DNA from: Pristiophorus japonicus
Lineage: Eukaryota
Direction: 5' to 3'
DNA length: 64,000 nt
Assembly: GCF_044704955.1 (NCBI RefSeq)
Contig: NC_091981.1
Coordinates: 47,740,001-47,804,000 of the forward strand
Shown: positions 38,086-50,936 of the stretch, one piece after another
How positions within the stretch are numbered: the first letter of the stretch is position 1
Layout of the letters: every line of letters starts with the position of its first letter
The notes under the pieces: model-generated
The model's database searches: none
Seen by the model: the letters and a program-made list of their open reading frames with translations, nothing else
What the model was told of the DNA's origin: nothing
Program-made: the position numbers and the translations under genes

Positions 38086-41000
38086 TGTCATGTATCTTAC
38101 ATTATTATATATAACTGTATCCCAACATGCTATACATGACTGCAATAAGATATGACCTGTAACCACCAGCATACCTTACCACCGCGGATGCACTTGCAAG
38201 AGACAGGTATATAAGGACAGGTCTCAGGCAAGTGCAGCATTCCAGAGCTGTGAAATAAAGGTGCAGGTCCAGAGTGACCTTCACGCAACAACATGCCTCG
38301 TGTGATCAGATGAAAACTACAATGCGGGAGACAATTGGGAGGACTTTATAGAAAGGCTCCAGCAAAGCTTTGTAACCAAAGACTGGTTAGGCGACGATAC
38401 AGCAGACAAGAGAAGAGCCCATCTCTTGACCAGCTGTGGCTCGTAAACATACGCTTTAATGAAGGATCTGTTGGCACCTGAGAAACCAGCAAGCAAGTCA
38501 TTTGAAGAATTGAGCACACTGGTAAGAGACCACCTGAAGCCAGCGAGCAGCCTACACATGGCCAGACACAGGTTCTACAACTACAACTACAGACGCTATG
38601 TGGGCCAGAGTATACCCGACTTCGGAGGTTGTTTATGTGAGTTCTCCGATGAACTGAGGAGAGAAATGCTGAGAGACTTTTTCATTGAAGGAATAGGCCA
38701 CGCAGGCATATTCCGAAAGCTCATAGAGACCAAGAACCTGACCTTAGAGGCAGCAGCACTGGTTGTACAGACATTCTTGGTAGGGGAAGAAGAAACGAGG
38801 TTGATTTACAATGCAGGTACGACAACTAACAAAATAATGGAACAAGGAGTTCACAGCATTAGAAAAGCTGCTACCCCCACACACAGACAAAACCGGCAGA
38901 ACAGGCTTTCGACAGCAAGCAGTGGCAACAGAAGCCATCAAGGGCCACAGGAACGGCCGTTCACACCTCATCAACCCACAATGAGAGCAATCAACTACAA
39001 ACTGAGAGAAGCTCAAGAGAGATCAGCCAGACGCAGCTCATTCTTTGCAAGCAGTCTGTGCTGGAGGTGTGGGGGTGGGCACTCGTCAAGGGAATGTCGA
39101 TTTCAGCAGGCTGTTTGCAGGAACTGTGAATATACAGGGCATTTGGCCCGCATGTGCAAAAAAACCGGCAGCTCGGCTGGTATACGAATCGGATGGGTCG
39201 GAAAGCGGACCAGAAGAGGGTGGGGACAGTACCCGGGACACTAATGTACAGTGGGTCAACATGATCAATGGCCGCTGCTCCTACGACAGGACGCCTCCTA
39301 TAATGATGAGGGTCCTACTCAACGGGATATCTGTCAACATGGAGCTGGATACAGGAGCGAGTCAATCTCTCATGGGCGCTCAACAATTTGAACAACTGTG
39401 GCCGCATAAAAGACAGACCAAAACTCACAAGGGTCGACACCAAACTAAGGACTTATACCAAAGAAATCGTACCAGTCCATGGCAGCGCCATGCTCTCTGT
39501 CACACACAAAAGGGACAGTGAACCGACTTCCCCTGTGGATTGTCCCTGGAGAACTCCAGCACTGCTGGGGAGAAGCTAGCTGGCAAAACTAAAATCGAAA
39601 TGGGATGATGTCCATGCCATGTCATTAGCAGAACGGACCTCCTGCTCAACAGTTATAAAGCGATTTGAACATCTCTTTCAGCCAGGTGTGAGCACTTTCA
39701 AAAGGGGCCAAAGTCAAAATCTACATCACACAGGATGCTAGACCGGTCCATCACAAGGCCAGAGCTGTACCCTATGTGATGAGGGAAAAGATTGAACACG
39801 AACTAGACAGGCTTCTGCGGGAAGGCATTATATCACCTGTGGAATTTAGCGACTGGGCAAGTCCCATTGTCCCAGTCATGAAGCCTGATGGATCCGTACG
39901 AATCTGTGGGGACTACAAATCTACCATAAACAGAGTCTCCCTACAGGACCAGTACCCGCTGCCAAGAGCGGAGGACTTATTTGCCACATTGGCTGGAGGT
40001 AAACTTTTCTCAAAATTAGACCTCACATCTGCGTATATGACGCAAGAATTGACCGAGGAAACTAAGCTACTCACCACCATCAACACACATCGAGGTCTTT
40101 TCATGAGCAATCGATGCTCATTCGGCATCAGGTCGGCAGCTGCCATATTCCAGCGCAACATGGATAGTCTGCTCAAGTCCATCCCGAGGACGGTTGTATT
40201 TCAAGACGACATACTTATCACGGGCAGGGACACCGACTCCCATCTCCGTAATTTGGAGGAAGTACTAAAGCGGTTGGATCGGGTAGGGCTGCGAGTCAAG
40301 AAATCCAAGTGTCTGTTTCTCGCACCCGAGATTGAATTTTTGGGCAGAAGGATTGCCGCTGATGGAATCCGCCCAACAGAGTCCAAAACAGAAGCAATTC
40401 GCCTGGCACCCAGGCCCTGGAATGTCTCAGAACTGCGCGCCTTTCTCGGGCTACTCAATTACTTTGGGAACTTTATGCAGAACTTAAGCACGCTGCTGGA
40501 GCCTCTCCACGTGCTACTAAGGAAGGAGTGCGATTGGTTTTGGGGGGACGCCCAGGTACGCGCCTTCAATAAGGCACGCAACCTTCTGTGTTCCAACAGT
40601 GTTTTGACTTTCTTTGACCCAGGTAAAAAGCTAGTTCTCACATGCGATGTGTCAGCGTATGGGGTCGGGTGCGTTTTGCAACATGTCAACAGTGCGGGCA
40701 AATTACAACCCATAGCTTATGCCTCCAGGTCACTTTCGCGGGCGGAGCACGGGTACGGAATGGTAGAGAAGGAGGCACTCGTGTGCGTGTACGGTGTCAA
40801 AAAGATGCACCAATACCTTTCCGGGGCCCAGTTCGCATTAGAAACCGACCACAAGCCCCTCACGTCCCTCCTATCCGAGAGCAAGGCAATAAACGCCAAC
40901 GCCTCGGCGCGAATTCAACGGTGGGCACTCATGTTGGCGTCCTACGACTATACCATAAGGCACAGACAACTGTGCCGACGCGCTCAGCAGGCTACCCCTG

Positions 41001-42716
41001 GCGACCACGGAAGGGTCTGACAAACAGGACTGTGAGATAGTCATGGCAATCAATGCCTTTGAGTCCACAGGTTTGCCCATGACGACTCGCCAAATCAGAG
41101 CCTGGACGGCCAGCAACCCCACGTTATCCTTAGTAAAAAGATGTGTCCTAACCGGTGACTGGGCAGAGGCTTGCGATGCCTGCCCCGAGGAATTAAAACC
41201 CTTTCACAGGCGCATGCATGAGCTATCACTGCAAGCAGACTGCCTGATGTGGGACAGCCGAGTAGTTATACTCTGCGAGGCAGAGAGGCATTTGTCCGGG
41301 AGCTCCACCGCGAGCATCCGGGGATTGTTCTCATGAAGGCCATAGCCAGATCCCACGTCTGGTGGCCTGGTATTGACGCAGACTTGGAGCTCTGCGTCCG
41401 AAGATGCACCATTTGTGCCCAACTCAGCAATGCCCCCAGGGAGGCTCCACTGAGCCCCTGGCCTACCAAACCGTGGTCGCGGGTGCACGTAGACGATGCG
41501 GGCCCATTTATGGGCAAAATGTTTCTCGTAGTTGTAGATGCATTTTCAAAGTGGATCGAATGCACCATTTTAAACTCGAGCACAACCTCCACCACTGTGG
41601 AGTGCCTCGCAACCATGTTTGCAACGCACGGAATCCCTGACATATTAGTCAGTGACAATGGTCCGTGCTTCACTAGCGCAGAATTCCAAGACTTTATAAT
41701 TGACCACGGCATAAATCACGTCAAGACGGCACCGTTCAAGCTGGCCTCCAACGGCCAGGCGGAGAGAGCAGTGCAAATCATTAAACAAGGCATGCTTAAA
41801 ATCCAAGGTCCCACGCTGCAGGGTCGCCTGTCGCGACTGCTGTTGGCATACAGATCTCGTCCGCATCACTGACTGGGATCCCCCCGCGCAACTATTGATG
41901 AAAAGAACTTTAAAAACAAGGCTATCATTAATCCTCCCAGACATGCACGAAATCGTTGAGGCAAAGCGCCGTAAGCTGACTGACTACCATCACAGAAATT
42001 CGAGGGGGAGATGGAATGAGATAGGGGACAAAGTGTTTATACTAAACTATGGCAGGGGTCCCAAATGGCTTGCAGGGACAGTAACGGGCAAGGAAGGAAA
42101 CAGGCTACTGGTAGTACAAATGGACAATGGCAAAACCTACCGGAGGCATGTAGACCAAGTCAAAAGCAGATTTACCAACAGCACTGCGGAACCAGAGGCA
42201 GACTACAATGTGGAACTCGCACCACACCTGGTGGACAGACAGTGGGAACAACCTGAGAAAAGGGCAATCCCAACAGACAGCCCAGGCGAGTCAACAACAA
42301 TCACACCAATCGAAACAGACAGCCCAGGCGACATACCAGCAACCACACCCAAAGAAAAACAGACACCAAGGCAAACAACTGAACCACAACTCAGACGCTC
42401 CACGCGAGAGCGTAGACCACCTGAGAGACTGAACCTATAAAGACAATAAGACCTTGGGGGAGGGTGATGTCATGTATCTTACATTATTATATATAACTGT
42501 ATCCCAACATGCTATACACGACTGTAATAAGATATGACCTGTAACCACCAGTATACCTTACCACCGGGGTGCACTTGCAAGAGACAGGTATATAAGCACA
42601 GGTCTCCGGCAAGTGCAGCATTCCAGAGCTGTGAAATAAAAAGGTGCAGGTCCAGTGTGACCTTGACTTCACTACATGCCTCGTGTGAATCTGTACTGAG
42701 GGGACAGGACTTTACA
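38086..42716 (+). mobile_element. Gypsy (Mag clade) element 4
   Basis: 5' LTR 38086 to about 38306 (3' end and PBS deleted); 3' LTR 42468-42716; TSD AAACC at 38081-38085 and 42717-42721; PPT GGGGGAGGG. Confidence 0.96.
38307..42440 (+). pseudogene. gag-pol of Gypsy 4 (disrupted)
   Basis: WEDFIERL..ARHRFY gag, CWRCGGGH..CRNCEYTGH knuckles, LDTGAS, FQDDILI, ETDHKPL, VSDNGP. Confidence 0.93.
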
Positions 42717-43100
42717 AAACCCTCATCTAATCCTTTTAGAATCCCCAAAACAGCAATCATTTCACCTCTTAACCTTCTCTTTTCCAGTGAGAACATGCTC
42801 AACTCACGTAATCGGTCCTCATAATCCAATCTCTCCATCCTCTCAATCATTCTGGTTGCTCTCTTCCATATCCTTTCAATAGCTGCAATATTCTTTTTGT
42901 ACTGTGGCAACCACAACTGTACACTGTATTCTAAGTGCAATTGCACGAATGATTTATAAAGTAACAGGATTACCTCACAATTTTGATGCAGTATTGATCT
43001 TTTAGAAACATAGAAACATAGAAAATAGGTGCAGGAGCAGGCCATTCAGCCCTTCTAGCCTGCACCGCCATTCAATGAGTTCATGGCTGAACATGAAACT

Positions 43101-45950
43101 TCAGTACCCCCTTCCTGCTTTCTCGCCATACCCCTTGATCCCCAGAGTAGTAAGGACTTCATCTAACTCTCTTTTGAATATATTTAGTGAATTGGCCCCA
43201 ACCACTTTCTGTGGCAGAGAATTCCACAGGTTCACCACTCTCTGGGTGAAGAAGTCTCTCCTCATCTCGGTCCCAAATGGCTAACCCCTTATCCTTAGAC
43301 TGTGACCCCTGGTTCTGGACTTCCCCAACATTGGGAACATTCTTCCTGCATCTAACCTGTCTAAACCCGTCAGAATTTTAAACGTTTCTGTGAGGTCCCC
43401 TCTCATTCTTCTGAACTCCAGTGAATACAAGCCCAGTTGATCCAGTCTTTCTTGATAGGTCAGTCCCACCATCCCGGGAATCAATTTGGTGAATCTTCGC
43501 TGCACTCCCTCAATAGCAAGAATGTCCTTCCTCAAGTTAGGAGACCAAAATTGTACACAATACTCCAGGTGTGGCCTCACCAAGGCCCTGTACAACTGTA
43601 GCAACACCTCCCTGCCCCTGTACTCAAATCCCCTCGCTATGAAGGTCAACATGCCATTTGCTTTCTTAACCGCCTGCTGTACCTGCATGCCAACCTTCAA
43701 TGACTGATGTACCATGACACCCAGGTCTCGTTGCACCTTCCTTTTTCCTAATCTGTCACCATTCAGATAATAGTCTGTCTCTCTGTTTTTAACCACCAAA
43801 GTGGATAACCTCACATTTATCCACATTATACTTCATCTGCCATGCATTTGCCCACTCACCTAACCTATCCAAGTCACTCTGCAGCCTCATAGCATCCTCC
43901 TCGCAGCTCACACTGCCACCCAACTTAGTGTCATCCGCAAATTTGGAGATACTACCTTTAATCCCCTCATCTAAATCATTAATGTACAATGTAAACAGCT
44001 GGGGCCCCAGCACAGAACCTTGCGGTACCCCACTAGTCACTGCCTCCATTCTGAAAAGTACCCATTTACTCTTACTCTTTGCTTCCTGTCTGACAACCAG
44101 TTCTCAATCCACGTCAGCACACTAACCCCAATCCCATGTGCTTTAACTTTGCACATTAATCTCTTGTGTGGGACCTTGTCGAAAGCCTTCTGAAAGTCCA
44201 AATATACCACATCAACTGGTTCTCCTTTGTCCACTTTACTGGAAACATCCTCAAAAAATTCCAGAAGATTTGTCAAGCATGATTTCCCCTTCACAAATCC
44301 ATGCTGACTTGGACCTATCATGTCACCATTTTCCAAATGCGCTGCTATGACATCCTTAATAATTGATTCCATCATTTTACCCACTACTGAGGTCAGGCTG
44401 ACCGGTCTATAATTCCCTGTTTTCTTTCTCCCTCCTTTTTTAAAAAGTGGGGTTACATTGGCTACCCTCCACTCCATAGGAACTGATCCAGAGTCAATGG
44501 AATGTTAGAAAATGACTGTCAATGCATCCGCTATTTCCAAGGCCACCTCCTTAAGTACTCTGGGATGCAGTCCATCAGGCCCTGGGGATTTATCGGCCTT
44601 CAATCCCATCAATTTCCCCAACACAATTTCCCGACTAATAAAGATTTCCCTCAGTTCCTCCTCCCTACTAGACCCTCTGACCCCTTTTATATCCGGAAGG
44701 TTGTTTGTGTCCTCCTTAGTGAATACTGAACCAAAGTACTTGTTCAATTGGTCTGCCATTTCTTTGTTCCCCGTTATGACTTCCCCTGATTCTGACTGCA
44801 GGGGACCTACGTTTGTCTTTACTTTTTCTCTTTACATATCTATAGAAACTTTTGCAATCCGCCTTAATGTTCCCTGCAAGCTTCTTCTCGTACTCCATTT
44901 TCCCTGCCCTAATCAAACCCTTTGTCCTCCTCTGCTGAGTTCTAAATTTCTCCCAGTCCCCAGGTTCGCTGCTATTTCTGGCCAATTTGTATGCCACTTC
45001 CTTGGCTTTAATACTATCCCTGATTTCCCTAGATAGCCACGGTTGAGCCACCTTCCCTTTTTTATTTTTACGCTAGACAGGAATGTACAATTGTTGTAAT
45101 TCATCCATGCGGTCTCTAAATGTCTGCCATTGCCCATCCACAATCAACCCCTCAAGTATCATTCGCCAATCTATCCTATCCAATTCACGCCTCATACCTT
45201 CAAAGTTACCCTTCTTTAAGTTCTGGACCATGGTCTCTGAATTAACTGTATCATTCTCCATCCTAATGCAGAATTCCACCATATTATGGTCACTCTTCCC
45301 CAAGGGGCCTCACACAATGAGATTGCTAATTAGTCCTCTCTCATTACACAACACCCAGTCTAAGATGGCCTCCCCCCTAGTTGGTTCCTCGACATATTGG
45401 TCTAGAAAACCATCCCTTATGCACTCCAGGAAATCCTCCTCCACTGTATTGCTTCCAGTTTGGTTAGCCCAATCTATGTGCATATTAAAGTCACTCATTA
45501 TAACTGCTGCACCTTTATTGCATGCACCCCTAATTTCCTGTTTGATGCCCTCCCCAACATCACTACTGTTTGGAGGTCTGTACACAATTCCCACTAACGT
45601 TTTTTGCCCTTTGGTGTTCTGCAGCTCTACCCATATAGATTCCACATCATCCAAGCTAATGTCTTTCCTAACTATTGCATTAATCTCCTCTTTAACCAGC
45701 AATGCTACCCCACCTCCTTTTCCTTTTATTCTATCCTTCCTGAATGTTGAATACCCCTGGATGTTGAGTTCCCAGCCCTGATCATCCTGGAGCCACGTCT
45801 CCGTAATCCCAATCACATCATATTTATTAACATCTATTTGCACAGTTAATTCATCCACCTTATTGCGGATACTCCTTGCATTAAGACACAAAGCCTTCAG
45901 GCTTGTTTTTTTAACACCCTTTGTCCTTTTAGAATTCTGCCGCACAGTGG
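43101..45950 (-). pseudogene. CR1 ORF2 (APE endonuclease-reverse transcriptase), frameshifted
   Basis: [56 protein letters not shown]. Confidence 0.95.
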
Positions 45951-46079
45951 CCCTTCCTATTCCCCGCCCCGGGCCTCTCCGCCCCCCACCCCCCCCCCCC
46001 CCACCCATCTCCCCTCCGTCTCCTGCCTCTGCCTCCCTTTGTCTCCCTGCATTGGTTCCCATCCCCCTGCCATATTAGT

Positions 46080-47026
46080 TTAACTCCTCCCCAACAGCAC
46101 TAGCAAACACTCCCCGTAGACATTGGTTCCGGTCCTGCCCAGGTGCAGACCATCCGGTTTGTACTGGTCCCACCTCCCCCAGAACCGCTTCCAATGCCCC
46201 AGGAATTTGAATCCCTCCCTGCTGCACCACTGCTCAAGCCACGTATTCATCTGTGCTATCCTGCGATTCCTACTCTGACTAGCACGTGGCACTGGTAGCA
46301 ATCCCGAGATTACTACTTTTGAGGTCCTACTTTTTAAATTTAGCTCCTAGCTCCTTAAATTCGTTTCGTAGGACCTCAATCCCTTTTTTTTTTTTACCTA
46401 TGTCGTTGGTACCAATGTGCACCACGACAACTGGCTGTTCTCCCTCCCATTTCAGAATGTCCTGCACCCGCTCCGAGACATCCTTGACCCTTGCACCAGG
46501 GAGGCAACATACCATCCTGGAGTCTCGGTTGCGGCCGCAGAAACGCCTATCTATTCCCCTCACCATTGAATCCCTATCACTATCGCGCTCCCACTCTTTT
46601 TCTTGCCCTCCTGTGCAGCAGAGCCAGCCACGGTGCCATGAACTTGGCTGCTGCTGCCCTCCCCTGATGAGTCATCCCCCCCCAACAGTACTCAAAACGG
46701 TGTAGCTGTTTTGCAGGCGGATGACCACAGGGGACCCCTGCACTACCTTCCTTGCACTGCTCTTCCTGCTGGTCTTCCATTCCCTATCTGGCTGTGGACC
46801 CTTCTCCTGCGGTAAGACCAACTCACTACACGTGATACTCACGTCATTCTCAGCATCGTGGATGCTCCAGAGTGAATCCACCCTCAGCTCCAATTCCGCA
46901 ACGCGGACCGTCAGGAGCTCGAGGCGGATACACTTCTCACACACGTAGTCGTCAGGGACACTGGAAGTGTCCCCGAGTTCCCACATGGCAGGAGGAGCAT
47001 ATCACGTGACCGAGCTCTCCTGCCAT
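46080..47026 (-). pseudogene. CR1 ORF1 (zinc finger, coiled coil, SGNH esterase-like), frameshifted
   Basis: ATG at 47026, MAGELGHVICSSC..MWE..YVCEKC; CLPGAR; HIGTND; DGLHL. Confidence 0.9.
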
Positions 47027-47214
47027 GCCTTAACCCTTAGATACCCTTAAATTGGTAATAATAATGTTACAGTTCACTTACTGATATAAAAAATGAAAAG
47101 AAAAGCTACTCACCAATCACCAGCCAATCACTTACCCCATTGGCTGTGACGTCACCTTTTGATTCCTTTCTACTTCTATTTTGCTTTCTCTCCCGCTGTA
47201 GCTGCACCGGTACA

Positions 47215-47473
47215 CCTTTTATAGGCCGCTCCGATGCTGCTCCCACCTCTTGCCAACTGCCGCTGGTACTCGAGCTCCCGCTGGGCCTTTTATAGGCCGC
47301 TCCGACGCTGCTCCCACCTCTCGCCAACTGTCGCTGGTACTCGAGCTCCCGCTGGGCCTTTTATAGGCTGCTCCGACGCTGCTCCCACCTCTCGCGAACT
47401 GCCGCTGGTACTCGAGCTCCCGCTGGGCCTTTTATAGGCCGCTCCGACGCTGCTCCCACCTGTCGCCAACTGC
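47215..47473 (-). repeat. Tandem 71-bp monomers (3 full and 1 partial) at the CR1 5' end
   Basis: CCTTTTATAGG recurs at 47215, 47286, 47357 and 47428; each reads CCTATAAAAGG on the element strand. Confidence 0.95.
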
Positions 47474-47705
47474 ATCTCGATATCTAATTTGCTTTACTCA
47501 CTTTCAAACTTCATTACGATAGCTTCAGCTGATTGTCAGTCAGAATCCCCAGATCTCTTATTCTTCAAAGTGACTCAACCTGGGCCTTTGGGGGCGACAC
47601 CAAACTACAAAGAGCTGAACTTGGGCAACTTGCACTAACATGGGATGCTGGGTACACACGGTTTATATTGGCAGGGAAAAAGAACAGATCATTAGCAACG
47701 CTGTC

Positions 47706-48207
47706 GAGCTAGAAATTGGCCAGCTTTGCACACGTTTTTTCGGCGATAATTCGCCTTTTTTGACGGAAAAAGGCGTTCACCTAAATTGGCCAAAGTTTGC
47801 GCCAACGGTTTTGAAATACCGCTGAAAAGCGACCGCCGTCGTGCAAGATGAAAAAAGTGCTATCGCTTTAAATTGGCCATTCGCCGTACCCGTATTCTGG
47901 GTGAAAAAAAAACCGCCTGAGGAAAGCCTGCGTTGCAGCCCCAGAAACAGCAAGTAGTATGAAGATCTGCAAAAAAGAAACTTAAAGTTTTTATTTTTAA
48001 AATTCTTTCAGCGATTTGCTAGTTAAGTGTCACGAATGTTTTGCGATTTAAAAAAATTTTTGTTTTGCAATTTTTGGGGTTGATTTCCCCTTTTTAGCGG
48101 TAATCGGCCTCGGACTAAAGTTGGCGAGGTCCGCGGTTTCAACCGCGAATCCTTGTGCAACGCTGATTTTTACCGTCGGCCGCATTTTTTTGGCCAATTT
48201 TAGGCCT
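47706..48207. mobile_element. Harbinger-type MITE/non-autonomous element (about 500 bp)
   Basis: Imperfect TIRs GAGCTAGAAATTGGCCA / TGGCCAATTTTAGGCCT; CpG-rich against an AT-rich background; no credible ORF. Confidence 0.6.
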
Positions 48208-48459
48208 TTAAAAAAAAAAGTGGTATTTTTAATGAAAAATGCCAAAAAAATACCATCTCCAAAAGACCGATTTCTAATCCATGCATGCATTTTATATGGG
48301 CACAACAGCATGTCCAAAAGATCTTAAAAGGGCATTGCTTCTGCAATTCTTACATTGGTCAGATGGGAATAGGACTGCTATGTTAAAAGGGTTAAGTTGG
48401 TTTGAAACCAGTTTTCAAAAGAAATTGAATTTAATACAAGTTAAATCAACCCATGAGAA

Positions 48460-50034
48460 TATCATCTTTCAGGTGTTTTTTTATTTTGAAGTTGTTTATT
48501 TTTAAACAATGTGCATAATATAATAAAACATTTTAAGAAATGAAACTAGATAAAATGGACAGATTGAAGGAAGACAGGACAAAGATGGGGACAAAAGGAG
48601 AAAGTAATCCTACTGGCAATAGAAACAGTACAATAATTTTGCATTTAATACTTTACAAGTTTGTTAGTGTGTCAATACAGTACTTATTTGGCACATACAT
48701 TTTAATAGCTGTAAAAACTACAGCTGGGGCAATAACTATGATGTGAACCCTTTTCAATACATTCTATGATAGCATCGTGAATTTGGGTTCAAAATCATTG
48801 CATGCCAGTTATCAGCATAATCAAAAATTATCCATCTTAAAATTCTTACAACTGGGGTTCACAAATTATTGTAGTACAAAGTAGCTTAATGCACAGAGGG
48901 GAAAAAAATCAGGCCTGAACATATTTTAAGTAGGATTAGATTAAATAACTTACAATGATGTTCACAAAAAAAGATACAATTGGCGGTGTTTAATAAATTT
49001 CTCAAAAAAGGGTCTGTGCACATCCGTTGACAGTGTAGTATCTTATTAAATTGCTGTTTGCTAAAGTTAAATGTCACAGCCTGCAAGCATCAAGCAGGTA
49101 ATATATAGCAGCATAATTAAAAATACATTTGAAATATTGCATAGTGTGTTCTGGTACCTCAAAAGATCCAGTACTTCAAACTGCGATTTCGCATTTATCA
49201 ACGTGATATTTTCTGGAATCAGTCCATGAGCCAGGTCAACAATCTTAGGATTCTTGGAATAATGGCCCAATAGACTGGGTAGTGTGCAGAACTCTTATCC
49301 AGAGCTCTCAGTACACAATCCCACTCATTTGTAAGTCAGTTGCCCTTGTGTGCAAATTTTGCTGGTTCTTGGTTGGCCTACTAAATGAGAGTTGCACCCT
49401 ATGGTGGAGGGGATGGACTGAGACGTAGCCCACCCTTAAAAGCACAGGTTGGCTGATGTGCACCAACATAATTGGTGGTTCTGTTGTCATTCTGGATCCA
49501 GCTGGCTCTTAGTCATGGCTGAAGGACATCAGCACAATTAACAATATTTTTTATAGGTATGGTTTATAAATTCAGCTCCTCTCATCAGCAAGTAGTTGCT
49601 ATCTGCAGTTCCTTAAAAATTACCTCAAAGCTACAAATATTATTTTACGAATAAAGTCCCACCCATGAAAGTTACAGCTGATCTGACTTAAGATCAGTCT
49701 TGAGTACTTCGATCTGTGGCATCTTTTTAAATTGTGAAAGAACAGCTGTAACTCTAAGCTCAAGGCAAAGCCGTTTTCTATAAAACATTATATAATATAA
49801 TCAAGGTTATCCAAAATGATTTATCATCCCTGCTTCACCTAATAATGTTGGATCAATCTATACATCTTTTCTGCTATAAACACATTTTCTTCAGCCACTG
49901 CTGTGTATTGGTTTTTGCCAGTGTACTGACTGTTCAGTAACATTTAATGTACAAAATGCCACAAGTATTTGCACTTGCTCAAGCTCAATGTTTCAGTTCC
50001 ACTTAATGTGTTCCTAAATAGTAAATCAACCTGA
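48460..50034 (-). other. ANLN: Probable anillin 3' UTR
   Basis: Apparently TE-free AT-rich sequence directly after the stop codon, ending near two minus-strand AATAAA; the end point is inferred. Confidence 0.6.
48480..48500 (-). terminator. Candidate polyadenylation signals (AATAAA x2)
   Basis: TTTATT on + at 48480-48485 and 48495-48500. Confidence 0.5.
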
Positions 50035-50179
50035 TTAATAATGGTGTTCAATCTCCTTCAACAGGACATGAGGCCTGTAGCAGGCATCTGGTTGCCAGGT
50101 CCGCAGGTCAACTAGGACCCGATTCAACTTCTGCATCCAAAGGTTGCGTTCATCCTTGGTGTCAGCAGACAGCCAGTTC
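50035..50179 (-). CDS. ANLN: Anillin last coding exon (end of PH domain)
   Basis: Acceptor TTTTTCCCCCAACTCCAG|G; translates (K)[47 protein letters not shown]; its first base completes the split AA|G codon from the previous exon. Confidence 0.96.
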
Positions 50180-50591
50180 CTGGAGTTGGGGGAAAAATTG
50201 TTAAGATTGTGTTAATAAAGTCATAATGAAATATTTAAACTGCACATCATTATTCCATTCTTTTATTGTAATTCAAACAAGTTTACATTCAATCACTTTT
50301 AGCTTTGCCTTCGTTTCTCTCAGCAGATCTAGTCAATTTTCCCTCACCCTATCCACTTAGTGCTTTAGCTACCTCCAAATACGAAAATCACCCCCCCCCC
50401 CCCAATTTCCGACATAGGGAAAATGCTTAACCAACAGGAGTCATAGTAAATGGATTATGGAAAATATGCTTAATTGTAGCATCAATATAAATATAAAGCA
50501 GAGTACGACGGAGTACAAATACAACATGTTAGTAAAGCATATAGCACAATGTTGTTAGCATGATACCTGGAAGTTAATGATTGCAACAGCC

Positions 50592-50936
50592 TATAAGAAC
50601 ATAAGAATTAGGAGAAGGAGTCGGCAATGCATATTGCCCATCGAGCCTGCTCTGCCATTCAATAAGATTATGGCTGATCTTCAACCCCAACTCTACTTTC
50701 CTGCCCTACCACCATATCCCTCGATTCGAGTCCAAAAATCTATCTCAGTCTTGAATATACTCAACAATTCAGCATCCATAGCCCTTTGGGATAGAGAATT
50801 ACAAGGATTCACAACCCTCAATGAAGAAATTCCTCCTCATCTCAGTCTTAAAAGACCAGGCCCTTATCCTGAGACTATGCCCCCTAGTTCTAGATTCTCC
50901 CACCAGGGGAAACAACCTCTCAGCATGTATCCTGTC
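50592..50936 (-). mobile_element. CR1 3' end in the ANLN last intron (resumes 53114-53320)
   Basis: ATAAGAACATAAGAA tail; continuous across Gypsy TSD CTGTC. Confidence 0.88.

Larger units (their letters stand above)
43003..47473 (-). mobile_element. Near full-length CR1 LINE (5' monomer array, ORF1, ORF2, 3' tail)
   Basis: (TATGTTTC)n tail at 43003-43023; APE plus RT ORF2; zinc-finger/esterase ORF1; 5' tandem repeats. Confidence 0.96.

Noticed and set aside
47215-47473. Regular repeats as a CRISPR array
   Set aside because: Units are contiguous with no unique spacers, there are no cas genes, and the context is a vertebrate CR1 5' end.
49067-49490. Short minus-strand ORFs as further exons
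   Set aside because: They lie after the ANLN stop in the probable 3' UTR, lack a good acceptor and resemble no protein I recognise.
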